A stretch of DNA of 64,000 nucleotides from Trueperaceae bacterium (GCA_965214405.1 OZ243956.1:4032001-4096000); one strand, 5' to 3'. Shown: positions 9,463-19,461, counted from the first letter of the stretch. Translations and numbers: made by a program. Notes: generated by a model from the letters alone, not told the origin.

Positions 9463-10662
9463 CTACACTTCGAGTAGCTTTGAGAGCGAGAGGCTCTCTC
9501 CGCTCGAGCCCTCACGCAAGAGGTGAATGTAGATCTTCTCGGTGGTCCGCATCGAGCTGTGCCCCAGCCACCTCGACGTCCTGAGCAGGCTCACCCCCGC
9601 CTCGATCCACAGCGACCCGGCCGTGTGTCTGAGCCCGTGAAACCTGATCTTACGGACCTGAGCGTCTTTGCATAGAGCGTAAAACATCTCCCTTAGCGTT
9701 CCATTACTCGGCATCCCGCCAAGTCTGTTCGTCACGACGGTGCCGAGCCCGAGATCGGGGAGTTCAGCTTGTCTAGCCCGGTGCTGTTCCAGGAGGCGCA
9801 GGCACTCCCCCGGTAGCGGGATGAGCCGGTTAGAAGAGCGTGACTTGAGCCGCTCCGAGAAGGTCGGGATGAGGCGGTCGTCGGTCGCTTGACGCTGAAT
9901 ATGGAGGTAAGGCTCGAGTTCCCCTGAGGCGCGGTTTTTGTGATACTCAACATCCGTCCACTTCAGACCCCGCAGCTCGCTGATGCGTAGCCCGAGGTTG
10001 AGGGCCAGATAGAAGGCGATGAAATAAGGATGCCTGATCGTCGTGTCCGCCGTGATGAAACGCTTGGCTTCCGAAGGCTCCCAGTAGTCCGCTTCATACC
10101 CTAGGAACGCGATCCGCTCGACAGCGCACCCAGCGTACGGGCTGTTCAGAAGGAGATGCCAGCGTACAGCCTTGGTCAGGGCGCTCGATAAGGTAGCACT
10201 GGCGTTCCTCGCGACCCGGCTTCCTTTATCCAGCTCGAGCGCGTTCTGCCATCTCTGAACGGCGGCATGGCCGAGCTTGCGGAGCTTTACCGTCCCTAAG
10301 TGAGGTCTGATGTGGTTGTCAACGTCGCCTCGGTAACCCCGGTAGGTTTTGGCGGAGAGCTGTCGCCTCGAGGTAGACAGAGCATCGTTCGGCGCGATCT
10401 GGCTGAGCCAATGGTCTAGGTAATCGCCTACGGTAATAGTATAAGCATCGAACAATCTTTCGCCGCGCTCCTTGCGCAGCCGGTCGAGGTGCGCGAACGC
10501 CGCCGAGCGGGTTTTGCGTGTCGGTCCTTCGAGCTGTTTCTGTTTGCCTCCAGGGCTATAGCCAATCGTGACGAGGGCCGAATACCGAACGTAGCTTGAG
10601 CCGTCCCTCCGCACCCTCACCCGCCTGCGCAAGCAGCCTTCGCCGTTCGCCCGTTTGGTCAT
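9463..10662 (-). CDS. Phage/ICE-type tyrosine integrase
   Basis: MTKRANGEG arm-binding N-terminus; catalytic GLRISE, K(SRSSNR), HGLRH and LGHS...Y residues; directly downstream of tRNA-Arg. Confidence 0.92.
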   Translation of the reverse strand: MTKRANGEGCLRRRVRVRRDGSSYVRYSALVTIGYSPGGKQKQLEGPTRKTRSAAFAHLDRLRKERGERLFDAYTITVGDYLDHWLSQIAPNDALSTSRRQLSAKTYRGYRGDVDNHIRPHLGTVKLRKLGHAAVQRWQNALELDKGSRVARNASATLSSALTKAVRWHLLLNSPYAGCAVERIAFLGYEADYWEPSEAKRFITADTTIRHPYFIAFYLALNLGLRISELRGLKWTDVEYHKNRASGELEPYLHIQRQATDDRLIPTFSERLKSRSSNRLIPLPGECLRLLEQHRARQAELPDLGLGTVVTNRLGGMPSNGTLREMFYALCKDAQVRKIRFHGLRHTAGSLWIEAGVSLLRTSRWLGHSSMRTTEKIYIHLLREGSSGESLSLSKLLEV

Positions 10663-10878
10663 GGTGTCCTCCCTCGGTGAAGTTAGGGAGATAGGCTAGC
10701 GGATTTGTGGCATAGAATTTTTGTCCCAAAAGTAAAGGGGTCGTGATCCTTATGCAACGAACGGCCCGGTTACACACCTAAAAACCAATAGGCCTGACAG
10801 ACATCGGCACAGCTCTCGTAACGCACCTTGCGCCGAGGCAGACAACATCGTCAGCGTTTGCTATCCTGAGGCGTCGCC

Positions 10879-11961
10879 ATGCAGCAGCACATCAGCTTTT
10901 GCACCTCCGCCGACGGCGTCCGCATCGCTTACGCGACGGCCGGTGAGGGTCCGCCTTTGGTCAAAGCGGCGAACTACCTCAGCCACTTGGAGCACGACTG
11001 GCAAGGTCCCGTCTGGCAGCACTGGTGGCGCGGCCTGACCGAGCACCGCAGCCTCGTTCGCTACGACGAGCGCGGCTGCGGCCTCTCCGACTGGGACGTG
11101 AGCACGTTCTCGATTGACACCTGGGTGCAAGACCTGGAGGCCGTGGTCGAGGCTGCGGGCCTCGACCGGTTTCCCCTGCTCGGCATCTCGCAGGGCGCGT
11201 CCGTCTCCGTGGCGTACGCCGTCAAGCATCCCGACAAGGTTTCGCACCTCATCCTCTACGGGGGCTACGCGCGCGGCCGCTTTCACCGGGGCCTGACCGC
11301 GGAGCAGCGGGTCGAGGCTGAGACGATGCTCAACGTGATGCGGGTGAGTTGGGGGCAGGAGAATCCCGCCTTTCGCCAGCTTTTCTCGACCCAACTGATG
11401 CCGGGGGGAACGGTCGAGCAGATAAAGTCGCTGAACGAGTTGGCGCGCATCTCCGCCACGCCGACCAACGCCGCCGCGATGGAGCGCGCCTTCTACCGGA
11501 TTGATGTGACCGAGCGGGCCCCAAAAGTAGCGGTTCCCACCCTCGTCTTACACGGCCGGGACGATGCGGGCGTTCCCTTCGAAGAAGGACGACGCCTGGC
11601 CTCGCTCATCCCGAACGCTCGGTTTGTTCCCCTCGACAGCAACAACCATATCCTGCTGGAGGGCGAGCCAGCCTGGACCCGGTTTTTAGACGAGGTGCAG
11701 CGGTTCCTCGGTGCCGAGTCGCCTGGGTCTGGGCAGGTTGCGCGTGTCCCCTTTGTTGAGTTAACCCTGCGCGAGCGCAACGTGCTGGACCTCATTGCCC
11801 AGGGCCTCAGCAACGACGTGATTGCCGCCAAGCTCGTCCGCAGCCCGGCCACGGTGCGCAACCACATCACCCGTATCTTTAGCAAACTGGGGGTCGAGAA
11901 CCGCGCGCAGGCCATCGTCAAAGCGCGCGAGGCGGGTATGGGGCGACAGACGAAGGTTTAG
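10879..11961 (+). CDS. Alpha/beta-hydrolase-fold sensor fused to LuxR HTH (transcriptional regulator)
   Basis: YDERGCGLSD and GISQG motifs; C-terminal LTLRERNVLDLIAQGLSN...TVRNHITRIFSKLGV. Confidence 0.9.
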   Translation: MQQHISFCTSADGVRIAYATAGEGPPLVKAANYLSHLEHDWQGPVWQHWWRGLTEHRSLVRYDERGCGLSDWDVSTFSIDTWVQDLEAVVEAAGLDRFPLLGISQGASVSVAYAVKHPDKVSHLILYGGYARGRFHRGLTAEQRVEAETMLNVMRVSWGQENPAFRQLFSTQLMPGGTVEQIKSLNELARISATPTNAAAMERAFYRIDVTERAPKVAVPTLVLHGRDDAGVPFEEGRRLASLIPNARFVPLDSNNHILLEGEPAWTRFLDEVQRFLGAESPGSGQVARVPFVELTLRERNVLDLIAQGLSNDVIAAKLVRSPATVRNHITRIFSKLGVENRAQAIVKAREAGMGRQTKV

Positions 11962-12103
11962 GTCAAGCGGGCGGCCGGAACTTACCTCCTACGCAGACGT
12001 CTGAGTCCGTGGAGAAAACCATCCAAAATTAGGAGCCAACTCTCAAGACAAACGGGTGCGGCACTTGCTAAGGTAGGAACAAGTTAACTATGAGAGGAAC
12101 CTT

Positions 12104-13579
12104 ATGCGCGACGCAATTTTGGAAACCCTCGACCCTCAAGACTGGCCGGCTATGCGCACGCTTGCGCACCAGATGGTTGATGACGCTTTTAGCTATCTGG
12201 AAACCGTCCGCGAGCGCCCTGCCTGGCAGGACATACCAACCGAAGTGGCCCAGGCTTTACAGACGAGCCTGCCGCTCGAGCCGCAAGGTGCCGCCCAAGC
12301 CTATGAGGACTTCAAAGAACAGGTGATGCCCTACCCGATGGGCAACATCCACCCACGCTTTTGGGCTTGGTACATGGGCAACGGCACGATGATGGGTGCC
12401 CTGGGCGACTTTCTGGCAGCCGTGACGAATTCAAACATGGCAGGCGGTCGTCACGCCGGGATGCTGGTGGAGCAGCAAGTGGTGAGTTGGTGCCAGGAAA
12501 TGCTCGGTTTTCCCACCGCTGCCAGCGGTTTGATGGTCAGCGGCGCGTCGATGGCGAACCTGATTGGGCTGGCTGTAGCTCGTAACGCCCAGACGGAAGC
12601 CGACATACGCAGCGACGGTATGGCCGCCGTGCCCCGGCCACTGGTCTTGTACAGCTCGAGCGAAGTTCATAGCTGTCACCAGAAAGCGGCTGAGTTGTTA
12701 GGTTTGGGAAGCCGAGCCTTGCGTAAAATACAAGTAGGTCGTGATTACAAAATAGACGTTGCCGCCTTAGCCAAAGCGGTCGCCGCCGACCGCGCGGCCG
12801 GAGCCAAGCCTTTTTGCGTGATTGGGACCGCAGGCACCGTCAACACTGGCGCTGTCGATGACCTGAGCGCCCTGGCCGACCTTTGTGAACGGGAGAACCT
12901 GTGGTTTCACGTCGACGGTGCCATCGGCGGGTTGCTGACCCTCTCCCCAAAACTAAAGTCGCTCGTTACCGGGATTGACCGGGCCGATTCGGTTGCCCTT
13001 GACTTTCACAAGTGGCTCCATGTTCCTTTTGAGGCAGGGCTGGCGCTCGTACGGAACGAACGTGCTCACCGCCAGGCCTTCTCGCTCACGCCCGAATACT
13101 TGCAGCACGCCCCGCGGGGCGTCGCGGGCGGGGAGGTCTGGTTTAGCGATTACGGCGTCGACCTCTCCCGCAGCTTCAAAGCCCTCAAGGTCTGGCTTTC
13201 GTTGAAAGAGCACGGGGTGCGCAAATACGGGCGGCTCATGGAACAGAACGTGGCCCAAGCTCACTACCTTACCGAGCTTATTGAGAAGGAAATGCAGCTC
13301 GAGCAGGTAGCACCTGTGGCTTTGGACATTGTTTGCTTCCGCTTCAACCCGGGCGGCCTTGGGGACGAGGGGCTCAACGACCTCAATAAAGAACTGCTTA
13401 TTCGTATTCACGAAAGCGGGGTGGCCGTGCCCTCTTACACGACGTTAAAGGGACACTACTGCCTGCGCGTCGCTATCTCAAACCACCGCAGTACCTTCGG
13501 CGATTTTGAAGTGTTTATCCGAGAAACGGTGCGGCTCGGTCAAGCGCTGCTCGAGGAAACGTTCAGCCAACCCGCCTGA
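12104..13579 (+). CDS. Group II PLP-dependent decarboxylase (aromatic L-amino acid decarboxylase-like)
   Basis: HPRFWAW, GTAGTVNTGAVDDL, WFHVDGA and DFHKW (PLP lysine) motifs. Confidence 0.9.
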   Translation: MRDAILETLDPQDWPAMRTLAHQMVDDAFSYLETVRERPAWQDIPTEVAQALQTSLPLEPQGAAQAYEDFKEQVMPYPMGNIHPRFWAWYMGNGTMMGALGDFLAAVTNSNMAGGRHAGMLVEQQVVSWCQEMLGFPTAASGLMVSGASMANLIGLAVARNAQTEADIRSDGMAAVPRPLVLYSSSEVHSCHQKAAELLGLGSRALRKIQVGRDYKIDVAALAKAVAADRAAGAKPFCVIGTAGTVNTGAVDDLSALADLCERENLWFHVDGAIGGLLTLSPKLKSLVTGIDRADSVALDFHKWLHVPFEAGLALVRNERAHRQAFSLTPEYLQHAPRGVAGGEVWFSDYGVDLSRSFKALKVWLSLKEHGVRKYGRLMEQNVAQAHYLTELIEKEMQLEQVAPVALDIVCFRFNPGGLGDEGLNDLNKELLIRIHESGVAVPSYTTLKGHYCLRVAISNHRSTFGDFEVFIRETVRLGQALLEETFSQPA

Positions 13580-13634
13580 ACCCAGTGAGTCCCTACTAGC
13601 GGACGTGTTGTAAGCGGCAAAGTAAAGTGAATGG

Positions 13635-13652
13635 TTAAATTTGGAATTGCTG
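13635..13652. mobile_element. Orphan IS inverted repeat
   Basis: TTAAATTTGGAATTGCTG is the exact reverse complement of the first 18 nt of the IS left IR at 7462. Confidence 0.75.
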
Positions 13653-13668
13653 CAACCCATCCCAAAGT

Positions 13669-13833
13669 GCTCGAGGGACAACCTCTTGGAATTTTACGAC
13701 GGATAGAGAGAGTTCACGCTCGGTTCACGCTCAGTTCACGCCGGGTCCGGCATCCTGAGAACCGCTGGTAAGCCTCAAGAAAGGAGACCGTTATGTCCAT
13801 GATGTCCGCACAAACATCCGCAGCTTTTGAAGA
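13669..13833 (+). repeat. Duplicated promoter/5'-gene segment, copy 1
   Basis: Alignable to 14557-14706 from GCTCGAGGGACAA through GCTTTTGAAGA. Confidence 0.85.
13712..13756 (+). promoter_or_regulatory. Three GTTCACGC direct repeats at 11-bp period plus -10-like CATCCT (putative SARP-type operator)
   Basis: GTTCACGC at 13712, 13723 and 13734; CATCCT at 13751. Confidence 0.7.
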
Positions 13834-13851
13834 TAAAGAAAGGTGGGAGGT

Positions 13852-14439
13852 ATGAACAGCTCCAAACTACGCTTGATGGTTACTTTGCTACTCTTCACCC
13901 TGATTACTATGGTCAGCAGTTTGGCTCAGCAGTCACAAACGATGAGCGATGAGGAGAAGATTGCTGACGCTATGAGTGCCGGTCCGGCCTCCATCGCAGA
14001 AAACGCCACCATCTTGGAGTGGCCCAGTGAACCCGGCGGTGAGTTCAACGTGCTCCGGGAGGGCAGCAACGGCTGGTCGTGCATCGCCTCGAGCCCAGCG
14101 GCAGTGATGGCGGGTTTGCAAGACCCCACTTGTGACGACGAAGTGTGGCTGGAGTTGGACACCGCCTATGTTGAGGGTCGGGAGCCGAACATCGAGCGCA
14201 TCGGGATTGCCTACATGCTCAGCGGTGACGCCGGGTTAAGCAACACCGACCCGTTCGCTACCAGCCCCACCGACGACAACGAGTGGCACGTCAGCGGTCC
14301 GCACATCATGATAGTGATGCCCGACATGACCTACGAGGGTGTCTCTACTGACCCTAACAACGGTGGCCCTTTTGTGATGTGGGCGGGGACGCCTTACGCG
14401 CACATCATGGTGCCCATAGAGTCACACATGCAGGAGTAA
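13852..14439 (+). CDS. Secreted hypothetical protein
   Basis: Signal peptide; SAGP..I...ATI, GSNGWSC, YMLSGD, GPHIM and PYAHIMVP motifs; GGAGG RBS. Confidence 0.75.
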   Translation: MNSSKLRLMVTLLLFTLITMVSSLAQQSQTMSDEEKIADAMSAGPASIAENATILEWPSEPGGEFNVLREGSNGWSCIASSPAAVMAGLQDPTCDDEVWLELDTAYVEGREPNIERIGIAYMLSGDAGLSNTDPFATSPTDDNEWHVSGPHIMIVMPDMTYEGVSTDPNNGGPFVMWAGTPYAHIMVPIESHMQE

Positions 14440-14556
14440 CTAAACGCAGCCTGACGCTTTGCCGGCTTCGACGACTAAACGGTAAATCAAAAAACACAGC
14501 TTTAGAGGCGGGGACTCTAGCCTGCCTCTTCTTTGCTGTTTCAAGCAGCTTGAGCG

Positions 14557-14706
14557 GCTCGAGGGACAATGCCTTGGAGTTTTACGATGGAAAGGTGAGT
14601 TCACGCTCAGTTTACGCCGGGTCCGGCATTCTGAATGCTGGTAAACTAGAAGAAAAGGAGCCGTTATGTCTACGATGTCTTCACAAGTGCCCGCGGCTTT
14701 TGAAGA
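14557..14706 (+). repeat. Duplicated promoter/5'-gene segment, copy 2
   Basis: GTTCACGC at 14599, GTTTACGC at 14610, CATTCT at 14627; homologous to 13669-13833. Confidence 0.85.
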
Positions 14707-16108
14707 AGCTTTGGCGACCTTCAAGACCCATTTCGGCGGCAAGGTGATTGGCCCCACCGACACCGAGTACGACGAGGCTCGAGCGCTCTGGAACGGCATG
14801 ATAGACGCTCAGCCCCGGCTCATCGTGAAATGTAAAAGCGCACAGGATGTGGTCGGCGCGCTCGCCTTCGGCCGTGAGACGGGGCTCACGGCCGCCGTGC
14901 GGGCCGGCGGGCACAACGTGGCCGGCCTCGCCACGGTAGACGGGGGCTTGGTCATCGACCTTTCTCAACTGAACGCGGTCGAGGTCGATGCCGAGAAGCG
15001 CCTCGTCGGGGTGGCGGGGGGAGCCACCTGGGCCGACGTGGACAAGGCGACGCAAGCCTTCGGACTCGCCACACCGGGCGGCCTGGTGTCGACGACGGGC
15101 GTGGCCGGCCTCACCCTGGGGGGCGGCATGGGCTGGTTGCGGCGCAAGTACGGGCTCAGCTGCGACAACCTCGCCGCCGCCGAGCTTGTCACCGCCGCGG
15201 GCAAGCTCGTTCGCGCCAGCGAGACCGAAAACCCGGACCTCTTCTGGGGGCTGTGTGGCGGCGGCGGCAACTTCGGGATTGTCACGCGCTTCGAGTTCGA
15301 ACTGCGCCCGGTCGGGCCGCAAATTGCCTTCGCCTACGTCCTTTATCTCCTGCAAGATGCCAAAAAAGTGCTCCGCGCCCACGAGACCTTTCTTAGGGAC
15401 GAACCCGGCGACATAAGCACCCTGGTCGTTCTGGGCCGGGTGCCGCACCTGGCCGATTTTCCTGTCGCCAGCCATGGCGCGGCCTTCGTGGGCGTCCTGG
15501 GCATGTACGCGGGTGCGGCCGACAAAGGCATGACGGCCCTGCAGCCCTTGCTCGAGCTGGCCGAACCCATCATCGACCTGAGCGGCCCCATGTCTTACCT
15601 CGAGGTGCAACAAATCTACGACGCGGACTATCCGACCGGCTCGCGCTACTACTGGAAGTCTACCGGTCTCGACGACCTCAGCGACGCGGTCATTGACCTT
15701 TTGGTCGAGCACGCCGAACGCGCGCCCGCCGACCATTCGACCATCAACCTCTGGTATCACGGGGCTGCCGTTGCGGAGCGCGCCGAAGACGCGACCGCCT
15801 TCGGTCGCCGTGACATCTCCTACCTCGTCAATCCGGAAGCGAACTGGGAAAACCCTGCCGACGACGCGGTGAACATCAACTGGGCGAGAAATCTGTTAAA
15901 AGACTTGAAACCCCACGGCAAAGCGAACCTCTACCTGAACTTCCCAGGTTTTTTCGAGGAGGGTGACGCACTCGTGAAAGCCGCTTTCGGCAACAACTAC
16001 GCGCGGCTGGTCGACCTCAAGACCAAGTACGACCCGCAAAACTTTTTCAGGCGGAACCACAACATCGAGCCGAAAGCTCGAGAAAAGCCCACCGACCAAA
16101 AACCATAA
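14666..16108 (+). CDS. FAD-binding oxidoreductase (BBE/6-hydroxy-D-nicotine oxidase-like)
   Basis: RAGGHNVAG (covalent FAD His), GVAGLTLGGG, GGGGNFGIVT and C-terminal YLNF...LKTKYDPQNFF. Confidence 0.92.
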   Translation: MSTMSSQVPAAFEEALATFKTHFGGKVIGPTDTEYDEARALWNGMIDAQPRLIVKCKSAQDVVGALAFGRETGLTAAVRAGGHNVAGLATVDGGLVIDLSQLNAVEVDAEKRLVGVAGGATWADVDKATQAFGLATPGGLVSTTGVAGLTLGGGMGWLRRKYGLSCDNLAAAELVTAAGKLVRASETENPDLFWGLCGGGGNFGIVTRFEFELRPVGPQIAFAYVLYLLQDAKKVLRAHETFLRDEPGDISTLVVLGRVPHLADFPVASHGAAFVGVLGMYAGAADKGMTALQPLLELAEPIIDLSGPMSYLEVQQIYDADYPTGSRYYWKSTGLDDLSDAVIDLLVEHAERAPADHSTINLWYHGAAVAERAEDATAFGRRDISYLVNPEANWENPADDAVNINWARNLLKDLKPHGKANLYLNFPGFFEEGDALVKAAFGNNYARLVDLKTKYDPQNFFRRNHNIEPKAREKPTDQKP

Positions 16109-16208
16109 ACCGAGCAAGTTATGAACGCCGGATCGAGAAAAACTTGGCGTCAAAATGAGCTTTCCGCGACTCGGCTCGGGACAAACAGCTTTTGGCTTAT
16201 CGGTCGTC

Positions 16209-19200
16209 TCAAGCTTGATTGGAAACGCTGAACAGTCGCGGCTCGAGGGTGACCTCGAGCCGCGCCAGGTCGGTTCGTTTCAGGCCCCGCCCCTTCGACC
16301 AGGCCGCGGCAAATAACGGCTCTCCCAGGGTGGCGCGGAGAGTCTCGAGGCTGTCATCATAGCTTGCTCTAGTGCCAAGCGGGAGCGGAGCTTTGCTGCG
16401 CTCGCGTAAGCGCTGAGCAGCCGCCAACAGCCAAACGGCTTGCTCGGGCGACTGAGACCCCCAAAACCGTGCCAGGGCTTCCCAACCTTCGACCAAGCCG
16501 TGCCGGTCGTTAATGGCGTGGCGCATAGCTAGACTTTTTCGAACGAGCGAACGGGCTTGTCGGCCGTCTCCGTTCTCGAAGCTCAGTTCCGCCTGGCTGA
16601 GCAGCGTCCCGGCAACCGCCCATCTGTACCCGCCGAGCCTTTGCCAGAGGCGCTGCGCCTCGCCGAGGAGCGCCGCCGCCTCTTCAAGCTCGCCGCAGAT
16701 ACGGGCCAGGTCGGCGAGGGTCGTTATGGTCAGGGCGATACCATCATGATTGCCGACCTCGCGCCACAACCGCTCGCTCGCGCGCGCCTGCTGCCGAGCG
16801 TCCTCGACCTCGCCTCGAGCCAGCGCCAGACAGCCTTTCTGATAGAGCGTCCAGGCGACAAGCTGGTGGTCGCCGAGCTGTCGCAGCGTGCCGAGGGCGG
16901 TTTCGAGCCGTCCGTTCGCTTCCGTCAAGCGGCCCAGACACCGTTCGGCCCAGGCGAGGTTCACCTGAGCGTAAGCGGCCCCCCGCCGGTCGCCAAGCTC
17001 GAGCCGCAGCGTAAGGCTGTCCAGGAGCAAAGCTTGAGCCTTGACAAAGTCGCCCTGGTACAGCGCGAGCCAGCCGAGGTTGTTGAGGGAAACCGCCACG
17101 CCGCGCGTCTGCCCGAGGCGCGTGTTCAGCGTCAGGGCTTCTTTGTTGAGGGCTTTGCTGGCGCGGATTTCGCCCAGCTGCGCGGTAATCCAACCCAGGT
17201 GGTTGAGGTTCGTCGCCAGGCCGCGCTCATCGCCGAGGTCGCGCAACATTTTCAGCGCTTCTGCCAGTACCAGCTTCGAGCCCACGGAGTCGCCCAACTC
17301 AAAAATAAGGGTGCCCAGGCCGGTCAGAGCGGCGGCGCGGGCGCGGCTTTTGCCTTGCGCCAGCGGGTGGGCGAGCAGGCCCTCGAGCTGCGCGCGGCCT
17401 TCATACATGTAGCCGCGCACCACCCAAAAGCGCCACAGGGCGGCACCCATCCGCAGACCCGTGTCAACATCGTTTTCCGCCGACCAGGCTAAAACCGCGC
17501 GCAGGTCGGCGTACTCGTCCTCGAGACGGTCCAACCACGGGCCTTGTTGGGCTCCTGTGAGGTGGGGCTCGGCTGTCTCGACCAGGGCGAGGACGTACTG
17601 TGCTTGCCGCTCTCGGCTTTGGAGCAGCTCCGCGGGGTGGGCCGTGAGTTTCTCGCGAGTGTACTGGTGGAGCAGGGGATGCTGCGCGTAGCTGCCTGTG
17701 GCGGTCGTCTCGAGCCAGGACTTGTCGACGAGTCGCGCCAACAAGGGCAGCGTCGCTCCCGCCACCGCGGTCGCCGCTTCCCGCGGAAAGTTCCCCCGGA
17801 ACACCGCAAGCCTCCTCAAAACCTCTTTTTCCTGCGCTGTCAACAGCCGCCACGACTGCTCGAACACCGTGCGTAGACCCCGATGCCGCTCGGGCAGGTT
17901 GCGGAGCCGCGTCGGCGCGTCACCCAGGTCGAAAGCTCGCACCATCGCTTCACAAGACAACACCCTCACCCAGGTCGCCGCCAGCTCGAGGGCGAGCGGC
18001 AACCCTTGGGTACCGCGCACGATGGCGAGCACGTGAGGCCGGTTGGCACGGCTGAGTTCAAAGGTGCGCTTCGCCCGCTTGGCGCGGTCTAAGAAGAGCG
18101 TGAGCGCGTCCGACTTCGGCGCTGCCGCAGAAGCTGCTTCGTCTTCTGAAAAAGGAAGTCCCTTGAGCACGTAAGGCACCTCCTCTTCCAAGTTCAGGCG
18201 CTCGCGCGAGGTGACCAAAAGCTTCAAGTTGGGACAACCTGAGAGCAGGTTTCCGAGCATCACGGCACCGTCCACGAGGTGTTCAAAGTTGTCCAGCACG
18301 AGCAACACCTGTTTGTCACCGATGGCTCGTTCGACCAGCGCCAGCGGGTCGGCAGTTTGTAAGTTGACTTGTAGAACGCTCGCCAGCAGGGTCGGGACGG
18401 CGTCGGGAGACGGGGCCGACTCGAGCGGAACGAAATGGACGCCGTCCCTGAAGCCGCCCGCTCTGTGCTGCTCCAGGGCGACCTGGACGGCCAGGCGAGT
18501 TTTACCCACCCCGCCCATCCCGACGAGGGTGAGCAGTCGGCAAGCGGCGTCGGCAAGCAATTCGGCCAGTTCTGCGCGTTCCGAGTCCCGACCCACGAAC
18601 GGGGTATTGCGAAGCGGCAGGCGCAGGGGAACGGCTCGACCGGGCTGCGACAGGCGCGCTCGCGCTTGTGCAGGGGTGAACGAAAAAGACAGCCCGAATT
18701 CGGCCGCTTCTTTTCGGAGCGCCGCCGCTCGGACGCTGCCGCCTGCGCGGAGAAGCGTATAAAGCCGCTCCGTCTCTTCGGGGTCCGCTGCGGCGGTTCC
18801 CGCTCTATCGAGAGCCGTTTCCGCCCATGCGGCCCCCTTTAGAAACTCACCTCGGGTCGCCGCTTCTTCGCCGAGATGGAGCGCGGCTTCACGAACTCTT
18901 GCGGCAACCCGTTCACGCGTTTCGTAAACCCACTCCTCGAGTTCTGCACTCCACGCCAAGGCCAGCCCCTCGAGGAAAAGCCCGCTGTAGAGGTCGACGA
19001 CCCTCGAGCACTCACCCATTTCGAACGCCCTCAGGAGTTGCGCGGCGTCGGAGTCGATGTGCGGCTCAACCTGAACGGCACCGGCGGTCACGGCACCCGG
19101 CGCTTCTCGCTGAAGCTTCCCGAGTACGACCCGCAAACTGTTTCTGGGGTTTGCCGCTTCGGGCCAAAACAGCTCGGCGAGAAAGCGCCTCGGTTTTGGA

Positions 19201-19295
19201 CCCTCGAGGCTGAGATAAGCCAGCAGCAGGAGGGGCTTGGCCTGGTGGAGAGCCCCGTCCTCGAGCCGTAAACCCCCGAGGGTGCTTAGAAACAT
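16209..19295 (-). CDS. AfsR/SARP-like regulator: BTAD + NB-ARC-type ATPase + TPR repeats
   Basis: N-terminal LLAYL...LAELFWP; FVGRDSE, Walker A GMGGVGKT, LVLDNFEH and GLPLALELAA; TPR-like C-terminus. Confidence 0.9.
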   Translation of the reverse strand: MFLSTLGGLRLEDGALHQAKPLLLLAYLSLEGPKPRRFLAELFWPEAANPRNSLRVVLGKLQREAPGAVTAGAVQVEPHIDSDAAQLLRAFEMGECSRVVDLYSGLFLEGLALAWSAELEEWVYETRERVAARVREAALHLGEEAATRGEFLKGAAWAETALDRAGTAAADPEETERLYTLLRAGGSVRAAALRKEAAEFGLSFSFTPAQARARLSQPGRAVPLRLPLRNTPFVGRDSERAELAELLADAACRLLTLVGMGGVGKTRLAVQVALEQHRAGGFRDGVHFVPLESAPSPDAVPTLLASVLQVNLQTADPLALVERAIGDKQVLLVLDNFEHLVDGAVMLGNLLSGCPNLKLLVTSRERLNLEEEVPYVLKGLPFSEDEAASAAAPKSDALTLFLDRAKRAKRTFELSRANRPHVLAIVRGTQGLPLALELAATWVRVLSCEAMVRAFDLGDAPTRLRNLPERHRGLRTVFEQSWRLLTAQEKEVLRRLAVFRGNFPREAATAVAGATLPLLARLVDKSWLETTATGSYAQHPLLHQYTREKLTAHPAELLQSRERQAQYVLALVETAEPHLTGAQQGPWLDRLEDEYADLRAVLAWSAENDVDTGLRMGAALWRFWVVRGYMYEGRAQLEGLLAHPLAQGKSRARAAALTGLGTLIFELGDSVGSKLVLAEALKMLRDLGDERGLATNLNHLGWITAQLGEIRASKALNKEALTLNTRLGQTRGVAVSLNNLGWLALYQGDFVKAQALLLDSLTLRLELGDRRGAAYAQVNLAWAERCLGRLTEANGRLETALGTLRQLGDHQLVAWTLYQKGCLALARGEVEDARQQARASERLWREVGNHDGIALTITTLADLARICGELEEAAALLGEAQRLWQRLGGYRWAVAGTLLSQAELSFENGDGRQARSLVRKSLAMRHAINDRHGLVEGWEALARFWGSQSPEQAVWLLAAAQRLRERSKAPLPLGTRASYDDSLETLRATLGEPLFAAAWSKGRGLKRTDLARLEVTLEPRLFSVSNQA

Positions 19296-19416
19296 AGCTC
19301 CATTCTAGACCGGACGCATGCAAAGAGGGGCGAGCGAACGTGACGAAGGCCCGTCGGGCGAGAGGAGCAGGGCTCAAAGCCCGGAACACCGCAGGGACCC
19401 TATGAACCTCATTCCT

Positions 19417-19453
19417 GGGGTCATCCACTGATCGGAAAAATATTTACGCTGAG
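19417..19453. mobile_element. Tn3-family terminal inverted repeat
   Basis: GGGGTCATCCACTGATCGGAAAAATATTTACGCTGAG matches the GGGG...ACGyTAAG pattern of Tn3 IRs and lies just past the tnpA stop. Confidence 0.8.
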
Positions 19454-19461
19454 CTCTAAGG

